The notes beneath the pieces were generated by a model. It saw only the letters and a program-made list of their open reading frames with translations. It made no database searches and was not told the DNA's origin. DNA of 64,000 nucleotides from an uncultured beta proteobacterium (GTDB lineage: Bacteria; Pseudomonadota; Gammaproteobacteria; Burkholderiales; Casimicrobiaceae): contig CAWAZS010000002.1 in NCBI GenBank assembly GCA_963786625.1, positions 12,201 to 76,200 on the forward strand. Direction: 5' to 3'. The first letter of the stretch is position 1. Every line of letters starts with the position of its first letter. The position numbers were made by a program, and so were the translations under genes. This document shows positions 12,495 to 25,111 of the stretch, in pieces.

Positions 12495-13058
12495 ATGCGA
12501 ACTCTAACACCCGCCGAGCGCCGGGCATTTCGCGCCAAGGCGCATCACCTGCATCCCTTCGTCAGCATCGGCCAGCACGGCCTGACGCCCGCCGTGCTGC
12601 ACGAGATCGCGATCGCGCTGGCCGCGCACGAGCTCATCAAGATCCGCGTGTTCAACGACGACCGCGGCGAGCGCGAGGCGCTGCTCGCCCGGATCTGCGA
12701 GGCGCTGGATGCCGCGCCGGTCCAGCACCTGGGCAAGATCCTGACCATCTGGCGACCGGCGCCGGAGCCCGCCGCCCCGCTCGAAAAGCCGCGGAAGCAG
12801 GCTCCGCCGCGCGCCGGCAGGCCAGCACGCTCCGAGCCGAAGGGCGGCGGACGGCGGCAGGGCAGCGGCGCCGCCGTGCCCCGCGTGAAGCCCTCGGCCC
12901 GCCGCGGCGCGGCATCCACGCTCGGCCGTGAGCCGGCCGCGCGCCCGCCACGCGGCGCCGGCTCGGGCACATTGCGCAGGCGCGCTTCCTCCGGCATCGG
13001 CAGCCCTGCACCTCGCGCTCCCGGCCCCGGCCTGCGGCGCCGTCGTACGCCGCGCTAG
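12495..13058 (+). CDS. yhbY: Ribosome assembly RNA-binding protein YhbY (CRM domain) with a long Arg/Pro/Gly-rich C-terminal tail
   Basis: MRTLTPAERRAFRAKAHHLHPFVSIGQHGLTPAVLHEIAIALAAHELIKIRVF...GKILTIWRP is the YhbY fold. It is divergent from rlmE, as in most proteobacteria. Residues from about 95 to 187 are low-complexity, and the 3' end is uncertain in this error-prone stretch. Confidence 0.75.
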   Translation: MRTLTPAERRAFRAKAHHLHPFVSIGQHGLTPAVLHEIAIALAAHELIKIRVFNDDRGEREALLARICEALDAAPVQHLGKILTIWRPAPEPAAPLEKPRKQAPPRAGRPARSEPKGGGRRQGSGAAVPRVKPSARRGAASTLGREPAARPPRGAGSGTLRRRASSGIGSPAPRAPGPGLRRRRTPR

Positions 13059-13107
13059 CGGCTCGCCCGGCGGCGCTGCCGTTCCCCAGCATCGGCCACC
13101 ACCATCG

Positions 13108-14028
13108 ATGGCCGACGATCGCCGCCCGCTCGACGCGCTCGCCGTCGGCTCGATGATCGTGATGACCATGCTGTGGGGCTTCCAGCAGGTCGCGATCAAG
13201 CTGGCCGCCCACGGCATCTCGTTCGTCATGCAGGGCGCGCTGCGCTCGGCAATCGCCACGATACTCGTGCTCGGCTGGGTGCGGGTGCGGCGCATCCCGC
13301 TGTGGGAGCACGACGGGACGCTCGTGCCGGGGCTCCTCGCCGGTGTCGCCTTCGCCGCCGAGTTCGCCCTGATCTACGCCGGGCTCGGCCACACGACGGC
13401 CGCGCGCATGGTGGTCTTCCTCTACCTGGCGCCCTGCCTCACCGCACTGGGGCTGTCGGTTTTCGTCCCCGACGAGCGGCTTCGCGCCGTGCAGTGGACC
13501 GGCGTGCTGCTGGCGTTCGCGGGCCTGGTGGCGGCGTTCGCCGACGGCTTCGCGCAGCCGACGCAGCCGACGCTGGTCGGCGACGTGTTCGGTGCGCTCG
13601 CCGCACTGTTGTGGGCCGCGACCACCGTCCTGATCCGGGCGACGCGTCTCGCGCGGGTCAGCGCGACCAAGGTGCTCCTCTACCAGCTCGGGATTTCCGC
13701 CGCGCTGCTGCCGCTCGTCTCGGTCGCGCTCGGCGAGCCCGGAGTCGTCGCGTGGACGCCGGTCGCCATCGCCAGCCTCGCTTACCAGACGGTGATCGTC
13801 GCCTTCGTGAGCTATCTGACCTGGTTCTGGCTGCTCACCCGCTATCTGGCGGGACGCCTCGCCGTCTTCTCGTTCCTCGCGCCGCTGTTCGGCGTGACCT
13901 TCGGTCACCTGATCCTCGGCGACCCGATCACGCCGGGATTCGCCGCGGCGGCGGCGCTGGTTGGCGCCGGGATCGCGCTGGTCAATCTGCAGCGCCGCCG
14001 CGAGCCCGTTGATCCACCCCGAGGCTGA
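13108..14028 (+). CDS. EamA/DMT-family transporter
   Basis: The in-frame ATG at 13108 in ORF 12928..14028 gives about 306 aa with about ten hydrophobic helices and two EamA-type repeats (WGFQQVAIKLA..., LYQLGISAALLPL...FLAPLFGVTFGHLILGDP). Confidence 0.8.
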   Translation: MADDRRPLDALAVGSMIVMTMLWGFQQVAIKLAAHGISFVMQGALRSAIATILVLGWVRVRRIPLWEHDGTLVPGLLAGVAFAAEFALIYAGLGHTTAARMVVFLYLAPCLTALGLSVFVPDERLRAVQWTGVLLAFAGLVAAFADGFAQPTQPTLVGDVFGALAALLWAATTVLIRATRLARVSATKVLLYQLGISAALLPLVSVALGEPGVVAWTPVAIASLAYQTVIVAFVSYLTWFWLLTRYLAGRLAVFSFLAPLFGVTFGHLILGDPITPGFAAAAALVGAGIALVNLQRRREPVDPPRG

Positions 14029-14066
14029 CGGCGCGACGGCCGGGCGGCGGCGTGGCCGCGCGCCGC

Positions 14067-15963
14067 CTAGGTCTGCTTCGTGCGCGCGGGTCCATGCGCC
14101 GCCTTCTGCGCGACGAAGACCAGCGCGAGCAGGCCCAGGCCCAGCGCGTCCGTCACGTAGCCCGGCTTGATCAGCAGCAACGCCGCGGCGAGCAGCGCGA
14201 TCGCGCTCCCACCAGCGGCACTCGCGCAGCAGATAGCCGTGCAGCCCGGCGGCGAGGCAGACGACGCCGACCGTCGCCGACGCCGCCGAGGTGACGCTGG
14301 TGAACGCGTCGCCGATCAGCAGCAGCGAGGGCTCGTAGACGAACATGAACGGCACGATGTAGGCAGGCGCGGCGCAGCGCATCGACTCCAGCCCGACCTT
14401 CCACATGTCTGCCTTCGCGAGGCTCGCGGCCGCGAACACGGCGAGCGCGACCGGCGGCGTGATCGCCGACAGGATCGCGAAGTAGAACGCGAACATGTGC
14501 GCCGCCGGCGCGATCGCCCCCAGCTTGATGATGGCCGGCACGAGCAGCGACACCATGACGATGTAGGCGGGCGTCGTGGGCATCCCCATGCCGAGCACGA
14601 TGCCCGCCAGCGCGGTCAGCACCAGCGCGAGCAGCAGCGAGTCCTGCGCAATCGCGATCACGACCTGCGTGAACACGATGCCGAGCCCGGTGATCGTGAC
14701 GCAGCCGATCACGATGCCGGCGCACGCGCACGCCATGGCGACGGCCAGCGTGTTGCGGGCGCCGTCGATCAGCGCCTCGATCCACGTCTTCCACTCGATG
14801 CCCTCGCGCGTCGTCCGGCGCAGCAGCGCGACCGGGATGCAGACCAGCGCGCCCGCGAGCGCGCACCGCGGCGCGGAGTAGCCCAGCATCAGGCCCGCCA
14901 GCACGACCGCGATCGGCGCGAACAGGTGGCCGCGCTGCGCCATGACGTCGACAAAGCGCGGCAGCTCCGAGCGCGGCACGCCCGCCAGGCGGTGCCGCTT
15001 CGCCTCGAAGTGGACGGCGAAGAACACGGCGACGTAGTACAGGAGCGCCGGGATCGCCGCCCACAGCGCCACCTTCGCGTACGGCACGGCGAGAAACTCC
15101 GCCATCACGAACGCCGCCGCGCCCATGATCGGCGGCATGATCTGGCCGCCGGTCGACGCGACCGCCTCGACGGCGGCCGCGAACGGCGGCCGGAAGCCGG
15201 TGCGCTTCATCAGCGGGATGGTGATCGGCCCGTCGACCATCACGTTCGCCACGGCGCTGCCGGAAACGGTGCCGAAGAGGCTGGACGAGACGACCGCGAC
15301 CTTGCCGGGACCGCCGGCGGTGTGACCGGTGATCGACATCGCGAAATCCATGAACAGCTGCCCGGTGCCGCTGCGCTCCATGAACGCGCCGAACAGGACG
15401 AACAGCATCACGTAGCTCGCCGAAACGCCGAGCGTCGAGCCGAAGATCCCCTCGGTCGACAGGTACAGCTGCTCCAGCAGGACGTCGAAGGTCACGCGCG
15501 TGAAGAAGGCCGCGTAGACCAGGAACGCGATCGCGGTGAGCGGCAGCGCCCAGCCGATCACGCGCCGCGTCGCGACGAGGACGACCAGCACGGCGACCAC
15601 GGCGAAGATGCGGTCCCACGCGGTGAGCGTGTCGATGTAGATGATGCGGTTCACGAACGCGTCGTAGCCGAGGAAGATGTGCAGGACGAAGCCCCAGCCG
15701 GCGGCGAGCAGCAGCGCGTCGACGGCGCGCCAGGCGGGCGAACCGCCGGGCCGCGTCGGGTAGAGCAGGAACACGAGCGTCAGCGCGAACAGCAGGTGCG
15801 TGCCGCGGAAGATCACCGCCTCGGGGGGCCCGAACCCGGCAACGTACATGTGGTAGAGCGACATCGCCACGGCGATCGCGGCGACGGCGTAGCGCAGCGC
15901 GGGCGCACCGGGCGCGGTCGCCTGCAGCTCGTCGGAGACGACGGCCCCGGTGGGTGTGCTCAT
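14067..15963 (-). pseudogene. TAXI-type TRAP transporter fused (DctQM-like) permease, one +1 frame change near 14200 in the last 45 codons
   Basis: The N-terminal 585 aa of ORF 12652..16017 (from MSTPTGAV...) form a typical TRAP fused permease (GTHLLFALTLVFLLYP..., SSSLFGTVSGSAVANVMVDGPITIPLMKRTGF). After ...LRECRWWE an extra G (gagcgcGatcgcg) shifts the frame. The corrected end is RIALLAAALLLIKPGYVTDALGLGLLALVFVAQKAAHGPARTKQT, with TAG at 14067-14069. Confidence 0.85.
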
Positions 15964-16116
15964 GACGTCACGCGTCGACTCGGGCGATTCGCGCTCGGCG
16001 CCTGCGCTCAGACGCACGGCACCGGCGATCGCGGCCTGCCGCAGCCTGGCCGCCGCAGCGGCCGGCGCAGCACGGGCGGCAGTCCGCCCGCGGCGATGGT
16101 GGGGCCGCGCCCGCGG

Positions 16117-17064
16117 CTACAGGACGCCGGCTTCCTTGTAGTACTTCGCGGCGCCCTTGTGGAATGGCACGCCGATGTCGACCGCCATGGCCTTGGGCGT
16201 CAGTCCGTCGATGGCCTTGACCACCGCCACCATCGCCGGAATGTTCGTCGCCATCGCCTTGGTCATCCGGTAGACGGTGTCCTCGGGCAGGTCGCAGGCG
16301 ACGACGATGTGCGTCGAGTAGCCGATCACGGGGACGTCCTTGTCCTGTTTCGGATAGGTGCCTGCCTTGATGAGGATCTTGTGGTATCCGGGATTCTGCT
16401 TCGCAAGCTCGCCCATCGTCTTGTCGTCGACCGGGACGAGCTCGATGTCGCGCGCGCTCGCGAGGTCCATCACCGCGGACGCCGGCGCCGTCGTTCCCAG
16501 CGTGAACACCTGCGCGTGGCCGTCCTTCATCATTCCCACCGCATCGGTGTACGCGGCCTGGAAATTGACTTTGGACAACGATTGGTAGGTCATCCCGTTG
16601 ATCTTGAGCACCGCTTCCGTGAGCAGCTCGCCGGTGTTGCCTTTGGACTGCGTGACCACGGACTTGCCCTTGAGGTCGGCGAAGGACTTGACGTTGGCGT
16701 CCTTGAGCGCCACGACCTGGAAGTGCTGCGGATAGAGGTTCGCGACCTGGCAGACCTTCGTCACCTTCTTCGGAAACGGGGGCCGGCCCTCGATGCCGTC
16801 GACCGTCGACGCCGAATTGGCGAAGCCGACCTGCGCCTTCCCCTCGTCGACACCGCGCACGTTGGCGATGCCGGCTCCGGGCGTCTGCTGGATCTGCAGG
16901 CCCGGGACCGCGGTCTCCCAGAGGCTCTTGAGCTGGCCGCCGAGAGGGATCCACACTCCACCCTGCGGGCCGGTCATCATCGTGATCTGCTGCGCCGCGA
17001 CCGGCTGCGCGAGGGCCGCGCCAAGCAAGACCGCGCTGACGCGGATGCCGACTTCGAGTCTCAT
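16117..17064 (-). CDS. TAXI-family TRAP transporter solute-binding subunit
   Basis: The ATG at 17064 is preceded by AAGGAGGAG. It has a signal peptide (MRLEVGIRVSAVLLGAALAQPVAAQQ) and TAXI motifs (MTGPQGGVWIPLGG..., GIANVRGVDEGKAQVGFAN). It is adjacent to the fused permease. Confidence 0.85.
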   Translation of the reverse strand: MRLEVGIRVSAVLLGAALAQPVAAQQITMMTGPQGGVWIPLGGQLKSLWETAVPGLQIQQTPGAGIANVRGVDEGKAQVGFANSASTVDGIEGRPPFPKKVTKVCQVANLYPQHFQVVALKDANVKSFADLKGKSVVTQSKGNTGELLTEAVLKINGMTYQSLSKVNFQAAYTDAVGMMKDGHAQVFTLGTTAPASAVMDLASARDIELVPVDDKTMGELAKQNPGYHKILIKAGTYPKQDKDVPVIGYSTHIVVACDLPEDTVYRMTKAMATNIPAMVAVVKAIDGLTPKAMAVDIGVPFHKGAAKYYKEAGVL

Positions 17065-17196
17065 TGCTCCTCCTTGAACGGGTTCGTGCGGCCGGCGGTT
17101 CCGCCCGCGGCGCGCTCGTGGCGTACGCGCGGATTCTGTCGCCTCCACCCCACCGGGGTCAAGCATCGCGCACCGGGACGCACCCGCCCCCGGCGC

Positions 17197-17673
17197 TCAG
17201 ACGTAGCGCACCGCCAGGACCTCGTACTCGCGCACTCCGCCGGGCGCGTGCACCTCCGCGGTGTCGCCCTCGACCTTGCCGATCAACGCGCGCGCGATGG
17301 GCGAGCTCACCGAGATCTTGCCGTGCTTCAGGTCGGCCTCGTCGTCGCCGACGATCTGGTAGGTGACGTGATCGCCCGACTCCGCATCCGCGAGCTCGAC
17401 GGTCGCGCCGAAGACGATGCGGCCGTCGGCGTCGATCTCGGCGGGATTGATGATCTGCGCATGGGCGAGCCGGCGCTCGACCTCGGCGATCCGGCCTTCG
17501 ATGAAGCCCTGGCGCTCCTTGGCCGCGTCGTAGTCGGCGTTCTCGGACAGGTCGCCGTGCGAGCGCGCCTCGGCGATCGCGGAGATCACCGCGGGCCGGT
17601 CGACCACCTTCAGGTGGCGCAGCTCGGCCTTCAGGCGCGCCGCGCCGTGGACCGTCATTGGAATCTTCTTCAT
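17197..17673 (-). CDS. greA: Transcription elongation factor GreA
   Basis: Intact 158 aa: [22 protein letters not shown]...[31 protein letters not shown]... Confidence 0.95.
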   Translation of the reverse strand: MKKIPMTVHGAARLKAELRHLKVVDRPAVISAIAEARSHGDLSENADYDAAKERQGFIEGRIAEVERRLAHAQIINPAEIDADGRIVFGATVELADAESGDHVTYQIVGDDEADLKHGKISVSSPIARALIGKVEGDTAEVHAPGGVREYEVLAVRYV

Positions 17674-17769
17674 CGTTCGATCAACCCCCGATGGTAAGCG
17701 CCCCAGGGAACGGAAGAGCCTTGCGGTTCCCGGCCGGTCCGCGCAGGCGTGCCCGCGTCCTTCGTTCGG

Positions 17770-21012
<3,243 letters not shown>

Positions 21013-21040
21013 GGTCGTCGAGCTGCTGCGCCGGTCGGCG

Positions 21041-22219
21041 CTACTTCCTCTCCATCATCTTCACGAACCGGTCGAACAGGTACGCGACGTCGTGCGGGCC
21101 CGGGCTCGCCTCCGGATGGCCCTGGAAGCCGAACGCCGGCCGGTCGGTGCGGACGATGCCCTGCAGCGTGCCGTCGAACAGCGACACGTGCGTGACGCGC
21201 ACGGTCGGCGGAAGGCTCGCCGCGTCGACCGCGAAGCCGTGGTTCTGGCTGGTGATCAGCACCTGCCCGGTGTCCCGGTCGAGCACCGGGTGGTTCGCGC
21301 CGTGGTGCCCGAACTTCATCTTGACGCTCCGCCCGCCGGATGCGATTCCGAGCAGCTGGTGTCCGAGGCAGATCCCGAAGGTCGGCACGCCGGCATCGAC
21401 GATCGTCGCGATCGCGCGGATCGCGTAGGTGCAGGGCTCCGGGTCGCCCGGGCCGTTCGACAGGAAGACGCCGTCGGGGGAGAGCGCGAGGACCGCTTCC
21501 GCGGGCGTCTGCGCCGGAACCACGGTGAGCCGGCAGCCGCGGTCGACGAGCATGCGCAGGATGTTGTGCTTGACGCCGTAGTCGTACGCCACCACGTGGA
21601 AGCGCGCCGTCGCCGCGGATCGAAAGCCGCTGCCGAGCGCCCACCCGCCCGCCGTCCACTCATAGGGCGATGTGCAGCTGACGACCTTGGCGAGATCCTG
21701 TCCGGCCATCGACGGCGCCGCCCTGGCGCGCGCGACGGCCTGTGCGACGGACGCCTCGCCCATCGCCGCGCCGGCGTAGAGGCAGCCGTTCTGCGCGCCA
21801 CGATCGCGCAGCAGCCGGGTGAGCCGGCGGGTGTCGATGTCGGCGATGCCGACGATGCCGTTGGCCGCGAGATAGGCGCCCAGCTCGCCCGTCGAGCGGA
21901 AGTTCGAGACGAGCCGCGGCAGGTCGCGGATCACGAGCCCTGCCGCGAACGGCCGCCGCGACTCGACGTCCTCCGGGTTGACGCCCACGTTGCCGATGTG
22001 CGGATAGGTGAGCGTGACGATCTGACCGGCATAGCTCGGGTCGGTCAGGATCTCCTGATACCCGGTCATCGCCGTGTTGAAGACGACTTCGCCGACCGAA
22101 GTGCCCAGGGCGCCGATCGCGCGGCCGCGAAAGACGGTCCCGTCGGCCAGCGCCAGAACCGCGGGCGTTCCCGCGGAAACGAGCGTCGGGCGGCTGCTGT
22201 CGGCGGTGGGAGCAGGCAT
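21041..22219 (-). CDS. carA: Carbamoyl-phosphate synthase small (glutaminase) subunit
   Basis: Intact 392 aa. It has the GATase triad region [13 protein letters not shown] and ...[14 protein letters not shown]. It lies 28 nt upstream of carB. Confidence 0.97.
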   Translation of the reverse strand: MPAPTADSSRPTLVSAGTPAVLALADGTVFRGRAIGALGTSVGEVVFNTAMTGYQEILTDPSYAGQIVTLTYPHIGNVGVNPEDVESRRPFAAGLVIRDLPRLVSNFRSTGELGAYLAANGIVGIADIDTRRLTRLLRDRGAQNGCLYAGAAMGEASVAQAVARARAAPSMAGQDLAKVVSCTSPYEWTAGGWALGSGFRSAATARFHVVAYDYGVKHNILRMLVDRGCRLTVVPAQTPAEAVLALSPDGVFLSNGPGDPEPCTYAIRAIATIVDAGVPTFGICLGHQLLGIASGGRSVKMKFGHHGANHPVLDRDTGQVLITSQNHGFAVDAASLPPTVRVTHVSLFDGTLQGIVRTDRPAFGFQGHPEASPGPHDVAYLFDRFVKMMERK

Positions 22220-22333
22220 GGCGAAATCGCGTTGGGCGTGGCGTGAATCGCCGGAGGGCGGTTCGCCGGGGTCCGGACGTGCGAAGCGGGAACGCCAGCG
22301 TCACCCGCAGTCGTCCCCGCTCTTGAACAAGTG

Positions 22334-22362
22334 ATTATACCGGCGGGGGACCGGCGTTACAA
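22334..22362 (-). promoter_or_regulatory. Candidate sigma70 promoter of carAB (TTGTAA-N17-TATAAT)
   Basis: The minus strand reads gccgTTGTAAcgccggtcccccgccggTATAATcacttg. This is a near-consensus -10 with 17-nt spacing, about 115 nt upstream of the carA ATG. Confidence 0.5.
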
Positions 22363-22383
22363 CGGCGCCGCAGCGGGCGGCGC

Positions 22384-23157
22384 TCAATACGCCGCCGAGA
22401 ATCCGCCGTCGACATAGAGCAGGTGGCCGGTCACGTAGTCCGCGGCCGACGACGCGAGGAACACCGCCGCGCCGGCGATTTCGGGGGGCTCGCCCCAGCG
22501 TCCGGCCGGGGTGCGGCGCGCCACCCATGCCGAGAACTCGGCGTCGGCGATGAGCGCGGCATTCATCTCCGTCCTGAAGAAGCCCGGGGAGATCCCGTTC
22601 ACCTGGACGTTGTGCGGCGCGAGCTCCACGGCGAGGGCGCGGGTCAGCATCCTGAGCGCGCCTTTGCTCGCCGCGTACGGAACGATGTTCGGGCGCCCGA
22701 GGTCGGAGGCGAGCGAGCAGACGTTGATGATCTTGCCGCGCCGGCGCGCCTTCATCGCCGGCAGCAGCGCGCGCGTGACGAGGAACGGCCCGTCGAGGTT
22801 CGCGGCCATCAACGCCCGCCACTCGCCGGGCGCGAATTCCTCGAGCGGCTTGCGCTGGTTCATCGCGGCGTTGTTGACGAGAATGTCGACGGGGCCCAGC
22901 TCGCGCTCGATGTCCGCGATGCCGGAATCGACCGCCGCAGCGTCGGTCACGTCGAAGGCGGCGATCCGCGCCTCGATGCCGTCGCGGGCAAGCGCGGCGG
23001 CGGCGGCAGCCAGCTTGTCGCGGTTGCGGCCGTTGAGAACGATCCCCGACCCCGCGCCACCGAGGCCGCGGGCGATCGCCAAGCCCAGCCCCGATCCGCC
23101 GCCGGTGACGAGCGCCCGCTTGCCGGCAAGATCGAAGGGATGCGATGCGCCTGCCAC
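22384..23157 (-). CDS. SDR-family oxidoreductase (gluconate-5-dehydrogenase-like)
   Basis: It carries GKRALVTGGGSGLGLAIA (TGxxxGxG), NNAA, and YAASKGAL (YxxxK). The start is taken as GTG 23157, 7 nt after the dapB stop, and is uncertain. Confidence 0.8.
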   Translation of the reverse strand: MAGASHPFDLAGKRALVTGGGSGLGLAIARGLGGAGSGIVLNGRNRDKLAAAAAALARDGIEARIAAFDVTDAAAVDSGIADIERELGPVDILVNNAAMNQRKPLEEFAPGEWRALMAANLDGPFLVTRALLPAMKARRRGKIINVCSLASDLGRPNIVPYAASKGALRMLTRALAVELAPHNVQVNGISPGFFRTEMNAALIADAEFSAWVARRTPAGRWGEPPEIAGAAVFLASSAADYVTGHLLYVDGGFSAAY

Positions 23158-23164
23158 GGTTTGG

Positions 23165-23980
23165 CTATCGCAGACCGAGGACGTCCCGCATGTCGGCAAG
23201 ACCCGGACGGCCCGCCGCGCGGCGCCCCGCGACGAAATGCGCGGCACGCAGGGCGCCGGCCGCGAAGTTCTGGCGCGACGTCGCCTTGTGCGCGAGCTCG
23301 ACCCGCTCTCCTGCGCCCGCGAAGATCACGGTGTGCTCGCCGACCACGTCGCCGCCGCGCAGACTGGCGAAGCCGATGGCTCCGGCCCTGCGCTCGCCGG
23401 TCACGCCCTGGCGCGCGTAGACGGCGCAGTCGGCCAGCGCGCGCCCGCCGCCGCGCGCCGCCGCTTCGCCGAGACCCAGCGCCGTGCCCGACGGCGCGTC
23501 GACCTTGTGCCGGTGGTGCATCTCGACGATCTCGATGTCGTAGCCGGGGCCGAGCCGCTGCGCTGCCGTCTCGACGAGTGCGAGGAGCACGTTGACGCCG
23601 ACGCTCATGTTCGGCGCGAACACCACCGGGACGCTGCCTGCGTATCCCGCGAGCTCCGCCTTCTGCGCGTCCGAGAGGCCGGTCGTGCCGACCACGGCAC
23701 CGGTCCCGGCCCGCGCGCACGCGGCGAGGTGCCTGAGGGTGCCCTCGGGACGGGTGAAATCGATCAGCACGTCGGCGGCGCGCGCCGCCGCATCGACATC
23801 GGTCGCAACGACGATGCCGGTCTCCCGGCCGAAGCGCTCGCCGGCGTCGCGGCCGGCCGCCGCACTGCCGGGGACGTCGAACGCGGCGGCGAGCATCAGC
23901 CCGGGGTCGGCGAGCACTGCCTCGATCAGCGCCTGCCCCATCCGCCCGCCGGCGCCCGCGACGGCGACGCGCACGCCCAT
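23165..23980 (-). CDS. dapB: 4-hydroxy-tetrahydrodipicolinate reductase
   Basis: MGVRVAVAGAGGRMGQALIEAV...IDFTRPEG...EIVEMHHRHKVDAPSGTAL... The in-frame ATG at 23980 in ORF 23165..24391 gives 271 aa. Confidence 0.93.
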   Translation of the reverse strand: MGVRVAVAGAGGRMGQALIEAVLADPGLMLAAAFDVPGSAAAGRDAGERFGRETGIVVATDVDAAARAADVLIDFTRPEGTLRHLAACARAGTGAVVGTTGLSDAQKAELAGYAGSVPVVFAPNMSVGVNVLLALVETAAQRLGPGYDIEIVEMHHRHKVDAPSGTALGLGEAAARGGGRALADCAVYARQGVTGERRAGAIGFASLRGGDVVGEHTVIFAGAGERVELAHKATSRQNFAAGALRAAHFVAGRRAAGRPGLADMRDVLGLR

Positions 23981-23982
23981 CG

Positions 23983-24477
23983 TCACTTCTTCCCGAAGAG
24001 GTCGAGCAGCCTTTCGAACCAGGAGCGCTGGTCGGTCCACATCTCTTCGCTCGAGGCCCGCGCAAGGGCCTCGCGATTGAGCTCGGCCACCGACGCCGGC
24101 ATCTCGTCGCCTTCCCAGCGCGCGACCTTGTCGGCGACGAAGTACACGGTGAAGGTGCGATGCTCCACGACGCGGCCCTGCCGCGTGAACTCGTAGACGT
24201 AATCCCAGCGCTCGTCGCGGAACGGGCTGACGAGCAATGGCGTGCCGAGGAGTTGCCGGACCTGCACCTTGGTCTGACCGACCTTGAGCTTGTCCACCAT
24301 GTCCTGCGACAGGTAGTTGCCCTGGTTGATGTCGAGCTTGTAGATGCCGAACGAGCGCAGCGTCGGAAGATAGGTGTCGACCGTCGCGCAACCCGAGGCC
24401 AGCACGGCGGCGAGCGCGATCGCCGCGGCGGCAAGGCGGCGCGGGGAGCGGTGTTCGGGCGAGGGGATCGGGCTCAC
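23983..24477 (-). CDS. bamE: Outer membrane protein assembly factor BamE (SmpA/OmlA lipoprotein)
   Basis: It has a lipobox (...LAAVLASGC) and the BamE core FGIYKLDINQGNYLSQDMVDKLKVGQTKVQVRQLLGTPLL. It sits in the conserved position divergent from fur and upstream of dapB. GTG start at 24477. Confidence 0.8.
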   Translation of the reverse strand: MSPIPSPEHRSPRRLAAAAIALAAVLASGCATVDTYLPTLRSFGIYKLDINQGNYLSQDMVDKLKVGQTKVQVRQLLGTPLLVSPFRDERWDYVYEFTRQGRVVEHRTFTVYFVADKVARWEGDEMPASVAELNREALARASSEEMWTDQRSWFERLLDLFGKK

Positions 24478-24604
24478 GTGCCTGTGTTTTTTGCGGTGGG
24501 ACCAGCTATTATAGCCGCGCCGCTGCGCCTGCCCGGACGACCGGGCGGATCGCGCCGCGCCGGCCTTCCCGACCCCGCAATCCGCCGACCCGGAGTCCGC
24601 CGCC

Positions 24605-25045
24605 ATGTCCTCGCCGAAAGACCTGAAGAACGCCGGGCTCAAGGCGACGGCGCCGCGGCTCAAGATCATCAATCTCTTCGAGGCGTCGAAGGTCCGGCAC
24701 CTGACCGCCGAAGACGTCTACCGGCAGCTGCTGGCCGAGGGCCTCGACGTCGGGCTCGCCACCGTCTATCGCGTGCTGACCCAGTTCGAGCAGGCCGGCC
24801 TCCTCGTGCGCCACCATTTCGAATCCGGAAAGGCCGTGTTCGAGTTGAACGAAGGCCGGCACCACGACCATATCGTCTGCATGCAATGCGGTCGCGTCGA
24901 GGAGTTCTACGACCCCGGAATCGAGAAACGGCAGATCGCGGTGGCGCGCGAGCGCGGATTCCAGATCTCCGAGCACGCGCTGTACCTGTATGCGGAGTGC
25001 GTGAAGCCGCGCTGCCCGCACCGAAAGAGCGGCGGACACAACTGA
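24605..25045 (+). CDS. fur: Ferric uptake regulator Fur
   Basis: Intact 146 aa: [20 protein letters not shown]...[12 protein letters not shown]...[15 protein letters not shown]...[16 protein letters not shown]. Confidence 0.93.
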   Translation: MSSPKDLKNAGLKATAPRLKIINLFEASKVRHLTAEDVYRQLLAEGLDVGLATVYRVLTQFEQAGLLVRHHFESGKAVFELNEGRHHDHIVCMQCGRVEEFYDPGIEKRQIAVARERGFQISEHALYLYAECVKPRCPHRKSGGHN

Positions 25046-25111
25046 CGCCGGAGCCCGCCGTACGCGGCCGGCGGCGTGCGCGCGGCGTCCGCCGCCGCAT
25101 GACCAGTCATT

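Noticed and set aside
14167-17697. Very long ORFs antisense to or out of frame with real genes. Examples: 14167..17697 (+, 1176 aa), 42721..46161 (+, 1146 aa), 54165..57152 (-, 995 aa), 27582..30506 (-, 974 aa), 18655..21195 (+, 846 aa), 54770..57247 (+, 825 aa), 7176..9140 (+), 10129..12024 (+) and 38142..40253 (+).
   Set aside because: Their translations are Arg/Ala/Gly/Pro-rich low-complexity strings with no conserved motifs. Each overlaps a gene with unmistakable homology on the other strand or frame. Stop-codon scarcity at about 70% GC explains them.
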